From Polyangiales bacterium (GTDB lineage Bacteria; Myxococcota_A; Polyangia; Polyangiales; Houyiibacteriaceae), in the NCBI GenBank assembly GCA_045106895.1, contig JBGCFM010000036.1, forward strand, positions 1 through 41,532: a DNA stretch of 41,532 bases. Reading direction: 5' to 3'. Both the position numbers and the translations under genes were made by a program. Under the pieces are notes generated by a model, which did not search any database, was not told the origin of the DNA, and saw only the letters and a program-made list of their open reading frames with translations. Shown here one piece after another: positions 8,942-17,585 of this stretch; positions within the stretch are counted from its first letter, which is position 1, and each line of letters starts with the position of its first letter.

Positions 8942-10321
8942 TCAAGGAAGGCAGCAGAGCGGGAGCCGCATCACAAGGCCTTCGTCCGCGTCGGTGACGC
9001 TCGTCCAGTAGACGTGATTCCCGTCCAGCGCGAGTCCTTGGCCGCCCCGTCCAGGGGTGAGGGGCTGAGGGTTGGTGCCGTCTTTTAGCGCGCGCATGAC
9101 GCCATCCTCGGCGGAGACCCAATAGACATGGTTCTCGTCCGCCAGGACTCTCGCGGGGCGCCGTCCGGAAGCCAGGCTTTCACGGTTGCTCCCGTCTTTG
9201 AGCGCGCGCATGACCTCACCGCCGCTGAAGTTCACCCAATAGATATGGGTGCTGTCCAGCGTGACGCCCCTGGCACCGTCTTGGCCGGACGCGAGGACCT
9301 CGATCTGCGACCCATCTTTGAGCGCGCGCATGACCTCGTCGCCCCACCGGTTCGTCCAGTACACGTGTGTGTCGTCGAGGGCGATGCCGCTGGCGCCGAC
9401 TTGACCCGACGCAAAGACCTCCACGTTCGTTCCATCTTTTGCCGAGCGCATGACCCGGTAGTCGTAGAAGCTCGTCCAGTAGACGTGGGTGTCGTCCACG
9501 ACGATTCCGCGTGGACTGTCTTGTCCCTCCGCGAGGGTTTCCACGCTCGTACCGTCTTTGAGCGCACGCATCACCCGGCCGCTGTACTGCTCGGTCCAGT
9601 ACACGTGAGTGTCGTCCAACGCGATGTCCCTGGAGGCGCTTCGGTCCGTGCTTAGGACTTCGGAGTGGGTTCCGTCTTTGAGGGCGCGCATCAGGTTGTT
9701 GTCGTTCAGGTTGGACCAAAACAGGTGGGTCTCATCGAGTGCCAGCGAGATGGGAAAGACACCAGGACCCGTCGCTGCGAGAGTCTCTGGCTCGCAGACA
9801 AGCGGGCATTCGAGGCACGCGCCGGCTTCGCATCCGTATGTGCATTCCGCGTCGGTGAAGGAGTGCTCACAAGCACCGGCGGCGCAGCGGCCGCCGTCGT
9901 CGAAGGTGCGGAGCGTGCTTGGCCCGAAACAAGTCGGCGGAGGCGCTAAGTCGCACAAGAGCGTCGCCCCGACGCAGACGCCTTCGGCACAGAAGTCGTC
10001 GTGCGTGCAACTGTCTCCGTCGTCACAGGCGCCGTCGGCGGGCGGGTAAACACAGACGCCTTCCAGGCATGTGCCTTCGGGCGCCTGGCACGGATTGTCG
10101 TCTTGCTCGCACACGACGCCTTCGCATGCTTCTGGGGTGGCATCCGGGGTGGGTCCTGCGTCTGTTGCTGCGCTGGCGTCCACGGTTGCGTCCACGAGCG
10201 GCCCGGAGTCGGCGCTTGGCTCGAAGCCGTGACTGGACGAGCAAGCGGAGAAGCAGAGGAAGGCGAGAGCACCGAGCCACGAGGAATGCGGGGCGCGACG
10301 ACGAAGAGTAGTTCGGTTCAT
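8942..10321 (-). CDS. lipoprotein with Cys-rich region and 7-blade YWT-type beta-propeller (DUF5050/LDLR-YWTD-like)
   Basis: Lipobox FSAC and the motif CDDGDSCTHDDFC. Seven repeats of the type IALDDTHVYWT...VMRALKDG. Confidence 0.8.
   Translation of the reverse strand: MNRTTLRRRAPHSSWLGALAFLCFSACSSSHGFEPSADSGPLVDATVDASAATDAGPTPDATPEACEGVVCEQDDNPCQAPEGTCLEGVCVYPPADGACDDGDSCTHDDFCAEGVCVGATLLCDLAPPPTCFGPSTLRTFDDGGRCAAGACEHSFTDAECTYGCEAGACLECPLVCEPETLAATGPGVFPISLALDETHLFWSNLNDNNLMRALKDGTHSEVLSTDRSASRDIALDDTHVYWTEQYSGRVMRALKDGTSVETLAEGQDSPRGIVVDDTHVYWTSFYDYRVMRSAKDGTNVEVFASGQVGASGIALDDTHVYWTNRWGDEVMRALKDGSQIEVLASGQDGARGVTLDSTHIYWVNFSGGEVMRALKDGSNRESLASGRRPARVLADENHVYWVSAEDGVMRALKDGTNPQPLTPGRGGQGLALDGNHVYWTSVTDADEGLVMRLPLCCLP
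9078..9740 (-). repeat. intragenic tandem repeats with a 120-bp period (40-aa propeller blades)
   Basis: Variants of ccgtctttgagcgcgcgcatgac recur at about 9192, 9312, 9432, 9552 and 9672, with a further copy at about 9078. Confidence 0.85.
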
Positions 10322-10396
10322 GCCCGCACGTTAAAGACGACGCCGGAGGGCGTCGACGAAGCGAATAGAACACCGTTCCGTCGGTGGAGCTTGGGC

Positions 10397-11029
10397 CTAT
10401 GCGAGTGCGGCGCGAAACCCGTCGAGAGACAAGCGGACCAGGTGCTCTTGAACCACCGCGAGGGCGTCGCCCAAGTCGTCTAGGTTTGTGATCGAACGCA
10501 ACTCATCGTCGGTATGCAGCGCGTAGCGGACCACGATGAGCTCCAGCGTGTGCGCCGCGAGGCGCAGCTTGGCGTCGCGGCGGCTCTTGCCCTCGTCGCC
10601 TCCCAGCGCCTTCGCAACTTTCTCCAGTTGGGGCGCCAGCTCTCCCGCCAGGCGACTCTTTGGCAACGCGCCGGCGGACATCGTGGTGAGGTTTCGTGTG
10701 CGGAGGACTTCCTGATGCGTGCGTGCCTTGGTGAAGAGGTGCCGCACGAATTGTTCGACCACTTCTTGAAGGTCTTCGCCGGCTCGAATGCGGCCGATGG
10801 CATCGCGCACTTCGGCGCGCATCCACTCGTAGCTGGCATCCAGACTCGCCTCGAGGAGGCCAGAGCGACTTTCAAAGTAGTAAGTGATGGCGCCGAGGCT
10901 TTGCCCCGACTCTTTGGCCACGCGGCGAAGAGAGACGGCGCTCACGCCGTGTTCGGCGATAAGGGCCTGGGTGACCGTGACGATTCGGTCGTAGGTCGCG
11001 GCGGAGTCTGCATCCGGGGGTCGAGCCAA
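10397..11029 (-). CDS. TetR/AcrR family transcriptional regulator
   Basis: TTG start after AGAAGGTG RBS. HTH GVSAVSLRRVAKESGQSLGAITYYFESRSGLL. Confidence 0.9.
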   Translation of the reverse strand: MARPPDADSAATYDRIVTVTQALIAEHGVSAVSLRRVAKESGQSLGAITYYFESRSGLLEASLDASYEWMRAEVRDAIGRIRAGEDLQEVVEQFVRHLFTKARTHQEVLRTRNLTTMSAGALPKSRLAGELAPQLEKVAKALGGDEGKSRRDAKLRLAAHTLELIVVRYALHTDDELRSITNLDDLGDALAVVQEHLVRLSLDGFRAALA

Positions 11030-11172
11030 TGATCTGTCACCTTCTGAGCGCCGCGAGGGTCGTGAGAGTCGAAGGTACCAGCATGGGTGGGGAGGCGAAA
11101 GCGACGCGCCCCCGCAAGAGGCCGCACCGAAAGAAGAAGTGGCCGGCGTGAGACTCGGAATGAAACACACGC

Positions 11173-11221
11173 GGCCAAGTGTTGAGCGGGGGGAGCAGGA
11201 TGCAGGCAGGAACGGACGATG
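11173..11221 (+). repeat. 49-bp dispersed direct repeat, copy 2 (leader of GspG-like gene 2)
   Basis: Matches 8416..8464 at 44 of 49 positions, ungapped, ending at the ATG. Confidence 0.9.
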
Positions 11222-11671
11222 ACCCATGGAGATGCTCTATCCACAAAGAGGGCGTGCACGCAGAATCTTCGTGACGTCGCGGCCCCAGAGCAGTCGGGCC
11301 TCCGTGAGCGACGGAGCACCGGCGAAGAGTTTGGGAACCTCGAGTTCTTTTGTTTCCTCGTCCTTACGTTTGGCTCTCTGTGTTGGTGCGGCTTCCAGTG
11401 GGCCCTCCAGCCTCGCCTTCTCCACGCACGCCAGTGCAGCACGGAGATAGACGCTGCGACGCTTCGTCAGGCGATGACACTTTTCTTTGTCGAAAACCCT
11501 GACGCCCTGTGCCCGACCACCAAGAGCTTAATGAATGGCCACTACGTGGAATCGTGGACGCTCCAGGACGGCTGGGACAATGCGTTTCGCCTGTCCTGCG
11601 AAGGACGCCATGTCTTCGCGGTGAGCGCCGGGCCCGACGAGGTGTTCGGTACGGACGACGACCTCCGATAG
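11219..11671 (+). CDS. GspG-like pseudopilin, paralogue 2
   Basis: DAATLRQAMTLF...CPT...DGWDNAFRLSCEGRHVFAVSAGPDEVFGTDDDL; clearly similar to 8462..8917. Confidence 0.75.
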   Translation: MTHGDALSTKRACTQNLRDVAAPEQSGLRERRSTGEEFGNLEFFCFLVLTFGSLCWCGFQWALQPRLLHARQCSTEIDAATLRQAMTLFFVENPDALCPTTKSLMNGHYVESWTLQDGWDNAFRLSCEGRHVFAVSAGPDEVFGTDDDLR

Positions 11672-11716
11672 TTGCCGCTGACGATGCGGAAGAAGGGGGG
11701 CATTCACCAAAGCGTG

Positions 11717-12223
11717 TCAAACCCCTCCGTCGAAGGTGTGAAGTACCGCGAGGTGAAGGCCATCCGGGGAAGGCTCAAAGCACACCTCGCTCAGGACGGT
11801 ATGAAAGTCACCCGTGTCCGGCATCTCGCCGGAGGGGGGCGAGAACTCGCAGCAGCCTTCGGCACACTCGATCACGGTCCCGTTCAGGGAGCGTTCATTT
11901 TGCGCCGCGCGGAACGCGTCGAGTTCGGCGTAAGAAGCACAGGTCGTTCGCGCCGCCGTCTCGTCTTCGGCGTGTTCGAACACGGTCAGGCGTCCGTCAA
12001 CGAGGAGCGCGTTGATGGCGCTGTTCGCGTCGTCGCTGACGAACCAGTTTCCGACGGCGCGCGCCGCCTCCTCGTGACTTGGAACGTGCGTCTGTGTGGC
12101 GGACTCAGCCGAGACGTTCTCCGCAGCGGAAGCGCTCTCCGGCGCGGCGCCGTTGTCGCTGCATCCAACGAGGGCTGCGCACAAAACCGAAACTAAGGTG
12201 TGTCGAAGTGTCTGAAGAGTCAT
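11717..12223 (-). CDS. hypothetical lipoprotein
   Basis: Lipobox signal MTLQTLRHTLVSVLCAALVGC; several Cys residues. Confidence 0.65.
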   Translation of the reverse strand: MTLQTLRHTLVSVLCAALVGCSDNGAAPESASAAENVSAESATQTHVPSHEEAARAVGNWFVSDDANSAINALLVDGRLTVFEHAEDETAARTTCASYAELDAFRAAQNERSLNGTVIECAEGCCEFSPPSGEMPDTGDFHTVLSEVCFEPSPDGLHLAVLHTFDGGV

Positions 12224-12375
12224 TGGGTGCTTTGCGGCGTGAGGAAAGTGTCGCGCGTGCTGCTTCGTCTGCAACGTTTGAGGTCCAGGAGGCTATTCCC
12301 GGCAGGCTGTGTTGTCGCAATGCTCACTTTGAAGACGCCGTGCCGCGCTGAGCTCGCCACCCTTGCGACCTGGAA

Positions 12376-12940
12376 TCAGGGAGTCGTCTCTTCGAACGCT
12401 TGTTCGACGGCGCGCTCCATCGTGCTCCAAAATGAAGGCCTGTTGAGCACGACTTCGCTCCGTCGTTTCAGCACCAGGGCAGACTCGTTGAGGCGCATGC
12501 CCAGGACGGCGTTCAGCTGCCGGGAAGGGTCGTGCAACATCGTCACACCCGGTGCGCTTACGTTGAACTCATCGCGTACGCGCCGACAGCTGTCGGCATC
12601 CACCGGAGACCCGTCGTCCGTCGCTGTGAGCACGACCCAAGTCGAAAGGTCGCCTTGTGCGGAGAGGGCGATATGGCCCTGAACGAGTCGCTCTCGCACG
12701 ACATCGCGGCAGCCTGGGCACCACTCCGCGAAGCTATAGATGAGCGACGCCCGACGGCCACAGAGGACATTCGTTGGGGGTCTCATCGCGGCCCGAGTCG
12801 AACCGAGCGCCGGCGTCATCTGGAGCGCCGGAGTCTGCCCGCATGCCCGCATGCTCGAGAGGCGCGTCGCACGCGCATAGAGCAACGAGCGACAAGAAGT
12901 AGGAAGCGTGGGCTGCTTGGACGATACGAAGGTGTGGCAC
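12376..12940 (-). pseudogene. thioredoxin-like (TlpA/redoxin) lipoprotein, frameshifted near 12765
   Basis: Lipobox LCAC and a DSG/DAG linker lie in the 12734..12979 frame. LCGRRASLIYSFAEWCPGC (CxxC) and the rest of the fold lie in the 12376..12942 frame. Confidence 0.7.
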
Positions 12941-12998
12941 AAAAGAAGGAGGCGGCGGCGAAGGAGATCGTCTCAACAATTCGCCGCCACGCGAACCT

Positions 12999-13505
12999 TC
13001 AGCGCGCGAAGACCTGAGTCCAGTAGTGACGGTAGCCGTTCGGACACATGGCGTACCCGACGCCGATGCGTGTGTAGTTCTCGCTGAGGATGTTTCGGCG
13101 GTGCCCGGGGGAGTTCATCCACTGGGTATGTGTCTCGGACGCGGTGCTGTTTCCGGCGGCGATGTTCTCGCCGATGCCGCGCGCCGAGATGCCTGCGTTC
13201 GATACGCGGTCGCCGGGGCTCTGCCCATCCAGGTTCGTGTGGTCAAAGTAGTCGCGTGCGCACATGTCTGCGCTGTGCGCCCGCGCTACCGCGGCAAGTT
13301 CGGCGTCGCAGATGAGCGCCGGGCGTCCCTCGTCGGCTCGGGCCGCGTTCGTGAGGTCGAACTCCGCGATCTCGAGTTCACTTCCGCACCCTTCAGGAGC
13401 CGGTGTAACCACCTGGGCTGCGTCGCCTCCTGGGCCTGCATCGCCGGCGGGAACGTCATCGTCACCACATCCAAAACAAATGAGAAGAATGAAGAGCCAA
13501 CGCAT
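12999..13505 (-). CDS. CAP (SCP) domain lipoprotein
   Basis: GGAGG RBS and signal MRWLFILLICFGC. Motifs ARAHSADM, GENIAAG, WMNSPGHRRNIL, IGVG and WTQVF. Confidence 0.92.
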   Translation of the reverse strand: MRWLFILLICFGCGDDDVPAGDAGPGGDAAQVVTPAPEGCGSELEIAEFDLTNAARADEGRPALICDAELAAVARAHSADMCARDYFDHTNLDGQSPGDRVSNAGISARGIGENIAAGNSTASETHTQWMNSPGHRRNILSENYTRIGVGYAMCPNGYRHYWTQVFAR

Positions 13506-13715
13506 TTTTGCCTCCGAGCTTGTTGAAACGTACATAGATATCGCGGGCGCTCGCACAACACCGAGTCCGCAAGACTAAGGTGGGCGGCAGTCCCCAAAGG
13601 GTATCAACAATTCGGAGCCAAAACGATTGGGTCTGTGTGCCTCACTCGACTGGTGTGTCGGTAACCAGGCGACATCGACGCGCGTGTACGACGTTCCCTC
13701 ATACGCACTCCCGCC

Positions 13716-14189
13716 TCAATAGCTGAACAAGTAGAAGTAGACCTTAAGTCCCGCGGCGTGCCGCGTCTCTCGATTCGCGTAGCTGTTCCACTCCGGCACG
13801 CCATCCATGAACGCGTCCGCATCATCGTCGCTCACAGCAAATACAAAGAAGCAGGGCGCCTCGGTCTCGTCGTCGTCGTCATCATCGAAGACGTAGAAGA
13901 GAACGGGCGCGTCGTTGTAGAGATAGCGTCGTCCGCGGACGACGGTCATCTCTTCGACGAGGGGTTGAAGCCGTTGGAGGGCGTCCTCCACTTCATCTAC
14001 GCTACGCTTCTGGTTGCTGAGTTGGAGGCCTTTGGGGTTGTAGAACTTGCGAACGGATGTCTCGCCTGTGCTACTGAATGGGTCGACGACGGTCTCGACC
14101 CTTGGTTGCACAAGGCCACGCTGCCAGCCTTCGCATGCCTTCTCGAGATCTTCGGGTCGGGTGATGATGAAGAGTCCTTCTTGAGACAT
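13716..14189 (-). CDS. hypothetical protein
   Basis: Protein-like from MSQEGLFIITRPEDL; contains an acidic run. The longer ORF version overlaps the ankyrin gene. Confidence 0.55.
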   Translation of the reverse strand: MSQEGLFIITRPEDLEKACEGWQRGLVQPRVETVVDPFSSTGETSVRKFYNPKGLQLSNQKRSVDEVEDALQRLQPLVEEMTVVRGRRYLYNDAPVLFYVFDDDDDDETEAPCFFVFAVSDDDADAFMDGVPEWNSYANRETRHAAGLKVYFYLFSY

Positions 14190-14215
14190 GCCGAACGCTC
14201 TCATAGAGTTTGGGC

Positions 14216-15208
14216 GTGACGAAAGCCCAAATAGAAGAGTTCGCTCTGCTCTTTGCGGCACTGGAAGATGGGCCGGAGGCGGCCGCCATCGCGCAGATAC
14301 GTGCGCTCGATAACGTACCGGACGATACACTTAGGGAGCTGCTCCAGTGCGCTATCCGGGCGAGGCGAGCCGTCGCCGTGTTCACGCTGGTCGAAGCCGG
14401 AGCCGTGATGGACGAGTCGATGGTGCACTTCGCAAAAAGGAGCGGGGCAGCCTACATCGGAAAACAATGGGCCCGCGCCCTGCAAGCGCCGCGGCAGGTT
14501 TTGCAGCCGCGTGAGAAGGACCTTCTTCGTGCCGTCGACAACAGCGATTCAGCACGCGTTGAAGCGCTCCTGCGGGAGGGGGCCGATGCTTTTTGTGTTC
14601 GTCACAAGGACGACCTGCCTGCGTTCCACAACGCGGTCTTCGTCGCCGGCTTCATGAGCATGGAACGCTCGTCGGCGGAGCTTGTCGAACGCGCCCGCGA
14701 TGTTGTTCGCGTATTCTGCGCCGCAGGCGCCGACATCAACCAGCAGGACTCAATGGGCTCGACGCCGCTGCTCTACGCATTTCAGGTTCCTCTCATGCAC
14801 GCGAGCGAAGAGACGGCGGAGCAAGAGCTTCGGCTTGTACGGCTTCTGGTGGAGGCAGGGGCATCGCCTTCGCTTCCAGACAAACGAGGCCGAAGCGCTC
14901 TTCATGCGTGGGCGGCTTCGGGTCATGTGCACCAGGCAACGCTTGACTACCTTCTACAAGCCGGCGCCGACATCGACGCCCAAGACAACCAGGGGCGAGG
15001 TGCTCTCCACGTGGCGCTCACTCAGCGAGGCGATCGCCCGTCTGGCGACGCGATGGGGGTGCTTCTTCTGGAAGCCGGCGCGACAAGTCGTTTGGGCGAA
15101 GGTACAGACCAGAGTGCGCGCATGATCTGTGAGAACGCTGAACGGCGTGCGCGTGCACGCTCGCCGCTTACGCTGGCCTGGCTTCTGGGGCATGGAGCGA
15201 AGCATTGA
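14216..15208 (+). CDS. ankyrin repeat protein
   Basis: Repeats GADINQQDSMGSTPLLYA, GASPSLPDKRGRSALHAWA and GADIDAQDNQGRGALHVA. Confidence 0.85.
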   Translation: MTKAQIEEFALLFAALEDGPEAAAIAQIRALDNVPDDTLRELLQCAIRARRAVAVFTLVEAGAVMDESMVHFAKRSGAAYIGKQWARALQAPRQVLQPREKDLLRAVDNSDSARVEALLREGADAFCVRHKDDLPAFHNAVFVAGFMSMERSSAELVERARDVVRVFCAAGADINQQDSMGSTPLLYAFQVPLMHASEETAEQELRLVRLLVEAGASPSLPDKRGRSALHAWAASGHVHQATLDYLLQAGADIDAQDNQGRGALHVALTQRGDRPSGDAMGVLLLEAGATSRLGEGTDQSARMICENAERRARARSPLTLAWLLGHGAKH

Positions 15209-15235
15209 GGCATCCCTTGGCGCTCTTTTCAGGTA

Positions 15236-15290
15236 TGAGCGATATAAGCGGCAATTATCGCTCACATTCTGTCGTAAAATGAGCGATAAT
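15236..15290. promoter_or_regulatory. operator-like inverted repeat upstream of the Fic gene
   Basis: ATTATCGCTCA (15254-15264), a 15-nt spacer, then TGAGCGATAAT (15280-15290). A third half-site TGAGCGATA lies at 15236-15244. Confidence 0.65.
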
Positions 15291-15321
15291 GGTGCACTTC
15301 GTCGCCCATAGGTGATTTCTC

Positions 15322-16437
15322 ATGTGGAACTGGCAGCAATCAGATTGGCCGAATTTTCGATTCGACAAAGACCGTCTGGAGGCGCTCGAAGCCCAGTTTC
15401 ATCATCGCGCGGGCAGGGTTGTCGGGGCGTTCACGCACCTCGATGAGAACGAGCAAACGGAGCTGACCGTCGGGCTTCTCAGCGAAGAAGCGCTGAGTAC
15501 GTCGGCGATCGAAGGGGAGGTGCTTGAGCGCGCCAGTGTTCAGTCTTCGTTGCGCAAACAGTTCGGCTTGGTGAGCGGCGGTCCGACGAACGCTGCGTCA
15601 GAGCAGGGCATCGCGGAGCTCGCGATGGACCTCTATCGAAGCTATCGGGTCCCTCTTGCGCACAGCACACTGTATCGCTGGCAAGCCATGCTGATGCGTG
15701 GGCGAGCAGGCGTCGGTGAGGTCGGCGCGTATCGCTGTGGCGAAGAACCCATGCAGGTTGTGTCCGGTCCCACGTATCGTCGGGTGGTGCACTTCGAAGC
15801 CCCACCTTCGGCGCGAGTGCCGGGTGAGATGGACGGCCTTGTTCGTTGGTTTAACGCAACGCGTGATGATGGCCTGGGTCCGCTTGCGCGGGCAGGGCTT
15901 GTTCACCTCTACTTTGTCAGCGTTCACCCGTTCGAAGATGGAAACGGACGGATCGCGCGTGCGCTTAGCGAGAAGTCCCTTGCCCAAAGCTATGATGCAC
16001 CAACGTTGACGGCGCTCTCGATGACCATTGAAGCTCGACGGCGTGAGTACTACGGCGCGCTGGCCGCGGCGAACGGGCGAAACGAAGTGAGTGCTTGGCT
16101 GGTCTGGTTCGCGGAGACGGTTCTCGCTGCTCAGGAGTTGTCTCTTCGGTGGGTGGGTTTCTTCGTGGAGAAGGCAAAGTACCTGCGGCGCCTCGCGAGT
16201 GAGTTTAATCCGCGGCAGAAAAAGGTGATTCTTCGGATGCTCCGCGAGGGTCCTTTGGGCTTCAAAGGCGGCTTGTCGGCGGGGAATTATTCGCGCATCG
16301 CCGGAGCACCTCCTGCGACGGCGCGGCGGGACCTGGTACGCCTCGTCGGTTTGGGAGCCTTGCTTCGAACGGGCGAGCGCAAAGGCACTCGCTACTGGTT
16401 GCCTTTCGTGCCGCCCGAACCTTCGCGCGAGTCTTAG
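15322..16437 (+). CDS. Fic family protein (DUF4172 + Fic + C-terminal HTH)
   Basis: N-terminus MWNWQQSDWPNF, inhibitory motif TSAIEG, catalytic motif HPFEDGNGRIAR and C-terminal ATARRDL...GERKGTRY. Confidence 0.95.
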   Translation: MWNWQQSDWPNFRFDKDRLEALEAQFHHRAGRVVGAFTHLDENEQTELTVGLLSEEALSTSAIEGEVLERASVQSSLRKQFGLVSGGPTNAASEQGIAELAMDLYRSYRVPLAHSTLYRWQAMLMRGRAGVGEVGAYRCGEEPMQVVSGPTYRRVVHFEAPPSARVPGEMDGLVRWFNATRDDGLGPLARAGLVHLYFVSVHPFEDGNGRIARALSEKSLAQSYDAPTLTALSMTIEARRREYYGALAAANGRNEVSAWLVWFAETVLAAQELSLRWVGFFVEKAKYLRRLASEFNPRQKKVILRMLREGPLGFKGGLSAGNYSRIAGAPPATARRDLVRLVGLGALLRTGERKGTRYWLPFVPPEPSRES

Positions 16438-16460
16438 AGACTACACCTAGAAAAGCACTC

Positions 16461-17549
16461 CTAGAACACCCAGGGGATGATGCGGCGCGGGACGCGTTTC
16501 ACGTACTCGTCCCAGAGGGGGCCGTACTTCTCGGCGCAGCGTTTGTCGTCGTCGAACTGACGCGGAACCAGGAGCAGCACGTAGTAGATGGGGTAGAGCC
16601 ACGGCCACGGAACGTCGGCGAAACCAAGGCTCAGCGTGAGACCCGTCGCCATGAGGATCTCGCCGAGATAGTTCACGTGCCGCGAGAGTCCCCAGAAGCC
16701 GCTGCAAAGGAGTGACTTGTTGCCGTCGGTGACTGACTCGGGACGAAGGAAGCCCAAGAAGACATGCTCCGGGTCGGTCTTGAAGTAGAACTTCTGCATG
16801 TTCGCGCCGCGCGCAAACGACCAGCCGCTGAAGAACACGACGGCGGCGAGGACGAGCTGCCAGACGGGCGCGGAATAGCCTTCGAGGTCCGCTACGCTCC
16901 AGAGGCCAACGGCGTAGAAGTAGGGGTAGAACGCAAGGCAGCCCCAGCCGAGTTTGAAGCCCACGCGTTCGGCGAAGATGTCGTAGGTGTAGAGGTGGAC
17001 GCGCTCGAAGGTGAGGTAGTCGAGGAGAAACCAGAAGAAGAGTCCGAGGTGGAGCGCGATGCCAGGCTCAAAGCCGAAACGCAGGTAGCGGTGGGCGGCG
17101 AAGCTCAGCAGGTTGAGCCCAAGGACGGCCGCGCCAAAGAGGTAGAGGAACATCTTTGCGTCGACGCGCGCGCCGAACCACTGGGGGTTTTTGTGACGAC
17201 CGAGGAAAAGGTCGGCGGCGAGGCTCTTCCCCGTCGAGGGCGCAGGCAGCACGATGGCGAAGGTGAAGACGAGGCCCATGACGACGGCTCCGAGGGCGCC
17301 TTCGTAGCGATGGTCGTACAGCCAGTCGAAGCGGAGCACCTCAAGGTGGCCGAGGCCGAACCAGGCGCCGACGCAAGCGAGGAACACCAACATGCCGTTG
17401 AGGCGGTAGCGGAGCTTCTCGCCGTCCGGGCCCTCCACGTACCCGACGACGCGTCGCGCCGGCAGCACGAGGTGCAACAGGAGAATAGCGGCGCACATGA
17501 TCCAAGGCGCGAAGAATCCGATGAGGCGTTCTAGTTCCACGAGCGCCAT
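16461..17549 (-). CDS. ERG4/ERG24 family sterol reductase (Delta14-sterol reductase-like)
   Basis: Multi-TM protein. Motifs [57 protein letters not shown] and [26 protein letters not shown]. Confidence 0.9.
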   Translation of the reverse strand: MALVELERLIGFFAPWIMCAAILLLHLVLPARRVVGYVEGPDGEKLRYRLNGMLVFLACVGAWFGLGHLEVLRFDWLYDHRYEGALGAVVMGLVFTFAIVLPAPSTGKSLAADLFLGRHKNPQWFGARVDAKMFLYLFGAAVLGLNLLSFAAHRYLRFGFEPGIALHLGLFFWFLLDYLTFERVHLYTYDIFAERVGFKLGWGCLAFYPYFYAVGLWSVADLEGYSAPVWQLVLAAVVFFSGWSFARGANMQKFYFKTDPEHVFLGFLRPESVTDGNKSLLCSGFWGLSRHVNYLGEILMATGLTLSLGFADVPWPWLYPIYYVLLLVPRQFDDDKRCAEKYGPLWDEYVKRVPRRIIPWVF

Positions 17550-17585
17550 GTGTAGCAGGTTCGGGTGGGCCGGGCCCGGCGCGCC

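Noticed and set aside
9078..9740. Regularly spaced repeats considered as a CRISPR array
   Set aside because: The period is 120 bp, in frame and protein-coding, with no unique spacers and no cas genes.
11085..11170. GCACCGAAAGAAG, reminiscent of a glycine riboswitch
   Set aside because: The GGAGA and CUCAGG elements are missing and the gene context does not fit.
15322..16437. Fic gene as a marker of a mobile element
   Set aside because: No integrase, transposase, att sites or terminal repeats are visible nearby.
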